DNA from: Antedon mediterranea
Lineage: Eukaryota; Animalia; Echinodermata
Reading direction: 5' to 3'
Assembly: GCF_964355755.1 (NCBI RefSeq)
Contig: NC_092671.1
Coordinates: 372,001 to 436,000 of the forward strand
DNA: 64,000 nt
Made by a program: the position numbers and the translations under genes. Below the pieces are notes generated by a model, which searched no databases, was not told the origin of the DNA, and saw nothing but the letters and a program-made list of their open reading frames with translations. Each line of letters opens with the position of its first letter. Position 1 is the stretch's first letter. Positions 30,401-42,400 of this stretch are shown one piece after another.

Positions 30401-33400
30401 TCACTATGTAAAATGGTACCTACTTCACTATGTAAAATGGTACCTACTTCACTATGTAACATGGTACCTACTTCACCATATAAAATGGTACCTACTTCAC
30501 CATATAAAATGGTACCTACTTCACCATATAAAATGGTACCTACTTCACCATATAAAATGGTACCTACTTCACCATATAAAATGGTACCTACTTCACCATA
30601 TAAAATGGTACCTACTTCACCATATAAAATGGTACCTACTTCACCATATAAAATGGTACCTACTTCACCATATAAAATGGTACCTACTTCACCATATAAA
30701 ATGGTACCTACTTCACCATATAAAATGGTACCTACTTCACCATATAAAATGGTACCTACTTCACCATGTAAAATGGTACCTACTTCACTATATAAAATGG
30801 TACCTACTTCGCTATATAAAATGGTACCTACTTCGCTATGTAAAATGGTACCTACTTCGCTATGTAAAATGGTACCTACTTCGCTATGTAAAATGGTACC
30901 TACTTCACTATGTAAAATGGTACCTACTTCACTATGTAAAATGGTACCTACTTCACTATGTAAAATGGTACCTACTTCACTATGTAAAATGGTACCTACT
31001 TCACTATGTAAAATGGTACCTACTTCACTATGTAAAATGGTACCTACTTCACTATGTAAAATGGTACCTACTTCACCATATAAAATGGTACCTACTTCAC
31101 TATGTAAAATGGTACCTACTTCACCATATAAAATGGTACCTACTTCACCATATAAAATGGTACCTACTTCACCATATAAAATGGTACCTACTTCACCATA
31201 TAAAATGGTACCTACTTCACCATATAAAATGGTACCTACTTCACCATATAAAATGGTACCTACTTCACCATGTAAAATGGTACCTACTTCACCATGTAAA
31301 ATGGTACCTACTTCACCATATAAAATGGTACCTACTTCACCATGTAAAATGGTACCTACTTCACCATATAAAATGGTACCTACTTCACCATATATAATGG
31401 TACCTACTTCACTATGTAAAATGGTACCTACTTCACCATGTAAAATGGTACCTACTTCACCATGTAAAATGGTACCTACTTCACTATGTAAAATGGTACC
31501 TACTTCACTATGTAAAATGGTACCTACTTCACTATGTAAAATGGTACCTACTTCACTATATAAAATGGTACCTACTTCACTATATAAAATGGTACCTACT
31601 TCACTATATAAAATGGTACCTACTTCACTATGTAAAATGGTACCTACTTCACTATGTAAAATGGTACCTACTTCACTATGTAAAATGGTACCTACTTCAC
31701 TATGTAAAATGGTACCTACTTCACCATATAAAATGGTACCTACTTCACCATATAAAATGGTACCTACTTCACCATATAAAATGGTACCTACTTCACCATA
31801 TAAAATGGTACCTACTTCACCATATAAAATGGTACCTACTTCACCATATAAAATGGTACCTACTTCACCATATAAAATGGTACCTACTTCACCATATATA
31901 ATGGTACCTACTTCACCATATAAAATGGTACCTACTTCACTACATAACATGGTACCTACTTCACTATATAAAATGGTACCTACTTCACTATGTAAAATGG
32001 TACCTACTTCACCATATAAAATGGTACCTACTTCACCATATAAAATGGTACCTACTTCACCATATAAAATGGTACCTACTTCACCATATAACATGGTACC
32101 TACTTCACCATATAAAATGGTACCTACTTCACCATATAAAATGGTACCTACTTCACCATATAAAATGGTACCTACTTCACTATATAACATGGTACCTACT
32201 TCACTATGTAAAATGGTACCTACTTCACTATGTAAAATGGTACCTACTTCACTATATATAATGGTACCTACTTCACTATATAAAATGGTACCTACTTCAC
32301 TATATATAATGGTACCTACTTCACTATATAAAATGGTACCTACTTCACTATATATAATGGTACCTACTTCACTATATAAAATGGTACCTACTTCACTATA
32401 TAAAATCATATAATGTAGAATTGTATATACCAAAGTAGACATGTACCATTGTTTGTCATTCTTATTCACAAATAATAAATATTGCTAATTTTAAGTATTC
32501 TTAATTCTTACTTCTGCAAGTTTTTCCATCTTCATTGAGAAGACCATAAGCACATGCACATTTTAGTTTATTGTTGCCAGTATAGAAACACAACTGTTCA
32601 CATGGATTACCATCAGCTGCACATAAATTTGTACCTTTATAAAACAAAAATAATAGTTCAATGATTTATATTTTATATTTACTGAATAAACAAAAATCAT
32701 CTTGTTCAGAGCTTAAAGCTTGGTTCCCACTAGGACGTAACGCAAGGGCGTAAACGCAACACAAACATGTTGACCAATGAAAAATGACAGTTGTGATTGA
32801 TTAACTCAATTACGTTGTGTTACGTCCTTGGGTTGCGTCTCTAGTGGAAACCACGCATTACACGTGTTAAAATGTATTGCTGCATTCTCTTGAGCTATGA
32901 CCAGTTTATCTAAGGGAGCTAGACATAAAATAAAGAGATTACGGTATTTGAATGTATTGCTGCATTCTCTTGAGCTATGACCAGTTTATCTAAGGGAGCT
33001 AGACATAAAATAAAGAGATTACGGTATTTGAATGTATTGCTGCATTCTCTTGAGCTATGACCAGTTTATCTAAGGGAGCTAGACATAAAATAAAGAGATT
33101 ATTTGATTTCTTGCTATATTTATTTGATGTTGACAGTAGTTGATTAGATAGTTAAACTTACCTTGTTGTTTACTTTCATGAAATGCATGGATATCTTTAA
33201 TCTGTATACCAATATTACTCAGTAAAGTTGTAGTATTATCTCCATTTATCTTTTTGGCACTTCTGATTGACCCTCCATTAAAAGTTCTGGAAAACATTTA
33301 CACATATTTTAGGTATAATAGCAATGTTATCAAGAAAAAAATGTTAATAAAATACCATTAAAAAAAAATTGAGTCAAAAACACCAGTTTAAGTTCAGTAA

Positions 33401-36400
33401 ATAATATGTCTAATATAGAGACAATGGAAAATAAGTGAAAGGGAACCAAATGATATACTCATTTTAGTCTATTCATTCAAAGGCTAAATTAATTAATAAC
33501 TGAAGTATACCTGTCAGTCCAGTACATCATATCTCCTAGAATAGTGATAGAGAATGGATCCAGCAGGCCTGAATCTATAAAAGGATGTCGATCTGTACCA
33601 TCAATCTTTATTCTTTCAATTCTGTTCAGCTGTGCTTCACACCAATAAATATAATCCTCTTCATAATCAATTGTTATGCCATTTGGCCAAGATATAGTTG
33701 TGTTTACAAGTACCATACGCTCAGTGCCTGCCAGAGTGCTTCTCTCTATCTTGGCATTTCTACCCCAGTCTGACCAAAACAGCAATCTAAAAATAGAGCA
33801 AATATATTATAGTGCAAAAGTATAGTTAGAAAACAAAATCTCAATACATCCATCTTCAAATCACATCCACATTGATACTGTTCTTGTTTCCAAAAATAGT
33901 AAACTTGTAATGACATTCTGTTTATGGACTTACCCCTTTTGTGGATAGACTGCAATTGATCGTGGCTTCTCTAAATCATCTGATATCAAAACATAGCGAT
34001 ATGACCCATTGAAATCAGCAACCTCAATAAGGTCAAGTTGCTGATCTGTCCAGTAAATATTTCCTACAAAATAAATTTAATATTATTTAGAATCTAATGT
34101 CAGATTATTAGCATTCAGTGTAGCATCCACATGGAAGGAACAGCTTAATGTTCTATCCAAAGGATGAGGTAATTGGAAGTATTCTTATGCCTTTTCATGT
34201 CAGTCCTTATCAGTATGGGATCTACCTCCTCTATAGGAGACAGTTTCAAACCATTTAATAAAATGTAATGACACATTCAGGGGTCCCAAGTCTACCGCTA
34301 CTCGCGGTAGTCTACCGCTTTTAGTACCCATCTACCGCGCTACCGCTATCTCGACGTTTTCTACCGCATTTTGATTTTTTTACCGCATTTTCAAATTTCC
34401 CCATATTTTTGGCCAAATTGATTTACGGTTACACCCAGGCTCAGCCCAGGTCAACAATAGTCAATACAAAAGTGAGGCAGGATGTTGAAACAATGTCTAT
34501 TCATGTAGTCTCCGTGGTCTATTATTGTATTTTTATTTGTATGCACTGCCTTTGTTAAACCGTAACAATAATATAAACATGCACGGTACTACACGCCGGA
34601 CGTAGAAAAAAAAAGAAGCGTGCAACCAACCGTGAATCAATCACGTGGTAACCGGAATACGCGATTATCAATTTTGGGAGGATTCAAGTTTTAACTAAAT
34701 AAACGCTTTGATTACACAGTGGTTGAGACACGTTTTTAATAGTTATTACATTTTCAAACACCCTCATAATTAATGGACTCTACCAATGTTGATCCGCTGC
34801 AAAGAACAACAGATCGCACATCGCACGAGGTTGTTGAGGCGGTGTTTTATTTGGTTTTAATGTACGATCCGATAATACGAACATGTTAAAATGATTTAAA
34901 AGGCATATGGATTTGCCAAGCAAGTAGGCCTACGTTTAATAAAAATTTACCTAAGATTGTCGTAAGCTCTTTTGTTCAAACTTGTTATTTATATTGCAAT
35001 AATCCACCCGTTCCGGCATGCACGCTAGGCCTCTATTCTGTTCTAGCCTATGCCTACTCATCGATCGGTCGATGGTGGGGAATTTCCCAGCGATAAGAAA
35101 TCGGCGAAATAGCTCATAAACGGCCTACATTTTAATGTTATATCTTTAATGCCAGTGTAATTACGTATGGATAAAACAATATAAAACTCAATGTTTTTCA
35201 TCTGAAATAATATGTTAACTCGCGTAATGTAGCATAAGACGGATTCGGAATAGTTTATTTCGATTGTTTTTGGGTTTTAAACTGGTGGTAGCTAGCTAGG
35301 GCCTAGTAGTAGAAGCCCTAGGCCTATGCTAGGCCTGTGCCTAAAAAAAATGAGTAAATTCTATTGAGCAATACTATCATGTGTAAATATTGTACATTAT
35401 GTAATTAAGTTAAATTATTTTATATACTGAATTTTAGTTAAAATACAGTATATATTTTTTTAATTCTTTGTACTGAGGATGTGTCCATAAAAAAAATAAG
35501 AATGTAAAAATAATGATGGATAAACCTATGTAAAAATTAAACCAACTTATGTGTAAATATTGTATATACTGTATATGTAACATATTTAGTTAATTAGGAG
35601 ACGTAAACGACACGCGTGTTGATTTTCAATTTCCCGCGCGTTGACTTTCGACGCCCTGACGAATTGAATGTGGTTCACGACAAAATCTCCTGCGAATGGA
35701 CTTTCCCAAGTTGGGACCTCTGCACATTACATACACATTGTCAAGGAGTGACAATGGACACAAAAAAGCAACAAACATAAAAATATCAATCAAATATTTT
35801 CAATCAAATATTATCAAACAAACAAACATTGACAATAAACAAACAAATATTTCATATCTTTCTTTAATGAAATGTGATCACTTACCAGATATCCAATCAT
35901 AAGCAATACCTTCTACACGTCCCAATCCATCGCTGATAATACTCTGACGATCCGATAGATCTCTTTTAATGCGCCTGATTCGACTTGCTTGTGTATCAAC
36001 CCAGTAGATATAATCATTTTCTGTAATAGTATAATTCAAATAAGTTAATTGCTTTTGTGTTAATCACATGAACTAAAAAAGGGTCACATGACAAAATACA
36101 TCATGTCAACTCTTTATCACAGCAACTTAAGACGTTGTTGTTTTATTGGTTAAATATCATAGTGTAACATTAGGAAAATACAAATCTGGTTTTCAAAAAA
36201 TATAATACAACTTACTATAGTCAAAATCAATAGACACACTCAACGCTGTACCAGTAATAGGAGTAAGTGCTTGCTCAAATGTGTCATTCAATGTTAATCC
36301 TTGTATACTGCTGTCCACAGAGTATAACAGAAACGATCTAATACCTGTAAACACAAGAATAACATACAGTTGATTTAGAATACATATTGCAAATATCTAC

Positions 36401-39400
36401 TAAATTGCTTTATAGATGACAATGCAATAGATCCTTAGGTAGAGATCATTTTAATCATAAAACTAAAATCTATGACATATTAATGTGAAAAACCTGTATA
36501 TTCTTACTTATTCCTACCACACAACTAAAAGGCTGTAATTTGACAATTTGTATTATGATTCTACTATGGTACAAAACATATCTAAAAATTGTATCTTGTA
36601 CAGTATCTTGTATAGAATAGAAATGGGAAAGTGTATGCAGGAAAAACATTTCAATCAATCCATTCGAAGCCTTAATTAATAATAATTGGTTATCCGCAAC
36701 GAAGTTGCTGGATAACCCCTTGTGATTGTACGAAATCATATTCTTCTTTTTTTTTTTATTCTTCTTTCTTTCTGTAATATTTTGTGTTACGCGTATCTCT
36801 AAAACTTGCAAACATAACGTTTCGTAACTTTCTCAACATATCCCCATTCACGTGAAGTTGTGCAGCGAAGGTTTTCACGACGTTTGCAATTGCGCAACGT
36901 GACTTTCGCGCGTTTTTATGAATTTCGCGTATTTAACATAGGTCAAAAACCAAATAAGATGTTTAATTGAAACTTAGCAAAAGTTTAATTTATATCATGC
37001 GCTAACTTTCTATGGATTAAAAATTGCATGTAACATTAGAAAGTGTGCGCATAAACGGCGTTTGAAAATTTAAAATGCTTCAAATCAATGCGATGTGGAG
37101 TGCAACCGACTTTGGTATCAGAGGTACCGGGTTCGAATCCCGTCACGGGAAACCAATTACATAAAATGATTTATTTGGTTATTACACCGAAAGAGCAGTT
37201 TTAGTTTTGAATAGGATACTTTTTGGAAAAGTCATAACTGAAAAGTACTTGAATGCGCAAGATACGTTTTGTTGCGGGCGGATAACCAAACTCGTCCTCA
37301 AGTGACGAGTTCCATGTCTAGTTAATAATTAGTACTTACCAATACAACTTATCTGATCTGCATCCAACACATATCCTGTTGTACATAAACAAGTCTTGGT
37401 GCTCTCTGATATTGGTAGACACATCTGTTGACACGTGGAGTTAGTACAAGCATTTGTTGTAGCTATGTGGGACAAAAAACAACATTCTAGGCTAGAAAAC
37501 ATACATTTCAATTTGTATCAACATATTTGATTCCAAAGCCAAGGCAACACTTGTATACCAGATTCTCTGATAACTCTTAAATACTAGAGAACTCCAAAAG
37601 AACAGCAAATTGTCCGGTTTTACCATACTTAAATTTTAAATGAAAAATAAACATAATTGCAACACACCTGTTTGTGCTTTTGGATCATAAACTAACAACT
37701 CTTTAATATCAGCATAATCCTCCTTAATAGTTGTTACTGTCTTTTCTTCAGTAAATGTTACAGAAAAGATACTGCTTGAGTTATCAGCCCAATACAAGTG
37801 ATCCTTGTGAGCAGCAAGAGCAATAGGATCATTACTAACACTGTAAAAGATGGACTGTTCTGTACTTTGTAGATTATACATTCCAATTTGTCCACTATCA
37901 GCCCAGTATAATGTATTTCCATCTGTACTTAAAACAATACCTGAAAAATAAAATAACACAATACAATGTTTTAAAACATGTGCTGCAATTAAATGTTAAG
38001 ATACTACTGCATTTAATCCCCATTGGAGTAATTAGTAGGATAGTAGTATTTTAAGAAGTTCAAGTTGGTTGGGTCTAACTTTCAGGCAACAAAGGTGTTC
38101 TCATTTATATATTTCCGCATTGTTGCTGGACGATTTAGAAATTCTTTCCTTGGGCTTAGAAATTAATAAATTAAAGATACTTAAACAATAGAAATTACTT
38201 TTTGCTTTGTTAAGGTTGTTTATAGGTAGTGTAACAACTTGTGTTCCATTCATAGTTGACTGTTTAATTGTTCCGTTGTTTATCCAGTACATTAGTCTGT
38301 GGAAATAATATGGGACACATAATATAACTGATGTATGTTTCATGAACACTACAGGAATGTCATGTTACAGTACTGTATATTCCTATCCCTAAATTAAATT
38401 TTGTGTGTGACATTTAGATAGAATGTAGAGCCTATTTACACCTACAGATGCTTTCATATTATACATGACATACAACTCTTTAGGTCACTTTCGATTGTAG
38501 TCATAACTACTCAAGTCTGAAGATATTCTATAGGGTAAATCTCAGGGCTGGTTGCAAAATAAGATTGCTAAGCTCTAGTATCATAGTGTTAGACCACTTA
38601 CCCCTTATCTGGTTGCAAAATAAGATTACTAGGATCTTCTAAGCCATTGATAACCACATTTCTGTAGCTACCATCTACTTTAGCAACGTTAATCTGGCCA
38701 TCGTTTAGGCTTTTACTTGTCCACATAATGTTACCAGTGATCCAATCCAAAGCAATACTAGTTCCTCCTGTGACACCTAAATATTGAAGAAAATGATATT
38801 ATCAACCAGGTGCATCATTTTGTACCAAGCGAGACAGGAACCAAGAATATTTTCTATATCACACTACTGTGACAATATTTAATATGATTTTTAAACCTTC
38901 AATTATGAAAAAGAACAATAATGTACACTTTGTGGTGCACCATGTAACCTGTTATTGTTAATATGGAGATTGCTGTAGTAAAACAACCAAAACATTGAGA
39001 ATTCTCAACCTAATTTGCTTTTGAGGAATAACATCTAGTGTCACTGCCATGCAAACTGTACACAAAATCCGCACTTTGTGGTGTTTTTACTTTAACTGAT
39101 TAGCTTTATACTATTAATATATATATATATATATTAGTATATAATACTACTAATCTACTCCCAAATTGTTTAAAGTTATATCTACACAATCAAACTAGTT
39201 TAACAAAAAAAAGTGTGATGTGTCCAAATATGGTAGTGATATACTTAAATACGGTAGTGATATGACATCACCATGTCCATATATGGGCACATCACATGTA
39301 GTCATGTAGACAGAGCTTTAACCTTCTAAATAATTCACTGAATAAGTAATGGTGTACAAACATACCAGCTATAACAGTTTGTAGGCCTGTTCCATTTATG

Positions 39401-42400
39401 AAGGCTCTGCTTATTGTTTTCCTGTTGATATCAACCCAGTAAAACCTGTTTTCTTTTGATGAACATGTTATGGAACTGACATTAAGAATGCGTGGAAGTG
39501 TCCATGATGGAATCACACTAAAATCACCATCATTAAGGTCAACGCCTCGAATTACGGTTGGTTTCAGGATCACAAGGAATGCCATATCATCTGCAAACAC
39601 ATTTGACATTAATATTTTTTTTTCAGATTTTTGGTTTTTTTTATAAACGCACATATTAGGTATAGTGTTTCATCATTTTGCATTTATTTATTTGCGTATA
39701 TATTGCATTGAAAAAGAAGTTTAATATCCTTTTATAATTTTTTTTTCTTTGAAATCTTTCATGTGACAAGAAACCTTTTTCTTCTAGCACATGATATTCA
39801 AAAATGTCTTTAACATGTCTAAATCATATGTATTGTTATTATTAAAATTAATAAATGCTCTTGAAATGAAAAATAAAAATATATATAATATAAAACGATT
39901 ATTATTATAAAAAAAACACTATGGTATAAAAAAAAATTCCTGATCATTGTATAATCAGTGTTATTCTCACTTTCACATTTTTTCATATCTGGTCCAAGTT
40001 TCATCATGTGAGGACATAGACATGCCGGTTCATTTCCATTCAACAAACACAGATGTGAACAACCTCCATTATTTTCACATGGATTAGCAGCTGTAAAATA
40101 AACACATTACATTACATTTATAATAATCAATTTATATTATAATTCATTTATAATAATCAATTTATATTATAATTTATATTATAATTTATATTATAATTTA
40201 TATTGCCACAAATTTAAATACTTTCAAAAAATTATTGGTGTGATTTATTATTTATTTTGTACTCTTATCACAAATGTAATTAAGGTTTCTGTTCATATAT
40301 TTTTGTTCTCTAATTTGTTATTTTTAAAATTTGTTATTTTTAAAATTTGTTATTTTTAAATGTGTAATGTACTACTGTTAGTTGATCACGGCCTTGTAGA
40401 AGAACACCTTTATGGTGACACAAGCTTTTCCGTGTTAAAATAAAGTATTTATTATTATTATTATTATTATTATAATTTATATTATAATTTATATTATAAT
40501 AGCCCTAAACCAAAATCTCCTCCTAAACTGCAAGTCCGATACTAGCGTCATTATGGGGCACATTTTAATTCCCTTTTATCCATTAAGCTATATTAGAAAA
40601 TTTATTTTAAAAGGAATATAATTTACTTATTTTATACTCTTATTTAAATAAATAGGTCTACAAAGGTGTAAAGGATTAGGAAGCACCACGTGGCAACAGT
40701 ATAAATAAATCAAATTTAATCTTTCTCTTTATCTATTAATATATGTAGCACCATTTCTTAATCCTTTAAGCTTAATCACCGTGAACCAGCATGTTAGCCA
40801 GGGATCATGGTCGGGGCATGGCTTAACTTATGAATGAACAACACACTGTGATAACCATGATGTTTAGTAGAGACAAGTACTTCCTTGATTGCCACAAGAT
40901 TGGCAGACAATTGGCAGATGTTAAGGATGTAATTCAAAAGCAATACAAATGATTTTGGTTTTTTAAACCACTAGTAATTGATATAACATACTATTGCAAT
41001 GTGTGCTCACTGACGATTGAGTATGTTCTATTGGTATACATGCAGGTGTGTCCTTACATATTTAAATATGGATTTTTCTATGTAGGACATACACTACCAA
41101 CGTTCCATGGCAACCCCAATTTGACAAAATATTAAAGGAAATGTTCACAGCAACAGATTGCATGTGCAGATGTTTGTTACGCTTCATTGATTCGTAGTGT
41201 TATAACGAATGTTGCCATAACAAAAACTGATTTAAATTGAGGTTTGTTTATTCAATTTGGTAGTAATTAATCTTCTATATACATATTCTTTTATTCTGGA
41301 TAGTTATTCTATATATCATTTACCTTTTGGTTGCCTGTATGGATGTACAACATGTATATCGAATGGTTGAGTCTGAGTCTTTTGTACAGGTTGTAGGTCA
41401 TCTCCGGTCCATTTACGAGCCTTGTATACCATATTAGTTCTCCAGTCAGACCAGTATAAATAACCTTCAAACAATGTAATTGCAAATGGATGGTACAAAT
41501 ACTGATGGCCTTTAAGTATGGTGATTATATCACTGCCATTGTAATATGCAGAGTGAATGCTATCAGATCTGAAATAAAGTAAATTCAATTTTTAATATTA
41601 CATGGCACATAGCAAAATAATTTTAATGCTGGGCTTTTCAACTACAGTAGAAACAGAACTTTTTTTAAAGGCCAAAAAGCCACATTATTCTTTACCTGCC
41701 TCCCTAGGCCTGACAAAGCCAAATTATTCTTTACCTGCCTCCCTAGGCCTGACAAAGCCAAATTATTCTTTACCTGCCTCCCTAGGCCTGACAAAGCCAA
41801 ATTATTCTTTACCTGCCTCCCTAGGCCTGACAAAGCCAAATTATTCTTTACCTGCCTCCCTAGGCCTGACAAAGCCAAATTATTCTTTACCTGCCTCCCT
41901 AGGCCTGACAAAACATTGAAAATACCAGAATTATTTGGAAAACCAGATTATTATGCCAGCACAAGGATGTCCAGTATTAGGAGACTGAAATTCCAGTAGT
42001 CCTTCTCTGTTTTGCCAGAGACATGGTTAATACTACTGAACCTAAAATGATTTTTAAACAGTTTTACAAATATGTTTATCAAAATACCTTGCATCAATCC
42101 ATAAGATTCTATCTTCTTCATAATCAAGGGTCAATCCATTTGGCCAACCCCCTGACATGTCAGCTACAGTAACAACAACAGTCCTGTTCATGCCACTCAT
42201 TGATGCTGACTCAATACGTGGTAAGTTGTTGTCCCAGTCTGTCCAAAACATGATGCTGTAGAAGCAATAGAGAAATCAATCTATGTAAAAGTATTGGGAA
42301 GGTAATTCAGACTCATTTGTGAGTGATGAACCCTCCAAAAACATGCAATTCAGTATTGGCTAAGGAAATTGAGATGAGCACAACATTAGCAAATAAAGCT

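Noticed and set aside
28733-32413. 1226-aa (+) and 1252-aa (-) ORFs as real genes
   Set aside because: Pure translations of a 24-bp satellite inside an LRP1 intron, with no unique domain or sign of expression.
37090-37150. tRNA gene (also tRNA-like pieces at ~2682-2745 and ~9610-9650)
   Set aside because: Only B-box-like parts and no full cloverleaf; more likely SINE remnants.
38548-38573. ~25-bp intronic copy of the end of exon 38602-38776
   Set aside because: Too short and lacks usable splice sites; a trivial local duplication.
40370-40475. Possible retroelement 3' end with (TTA)n tail
   Set aside because: Low-complexity context; boundaries and family cannot be determined.
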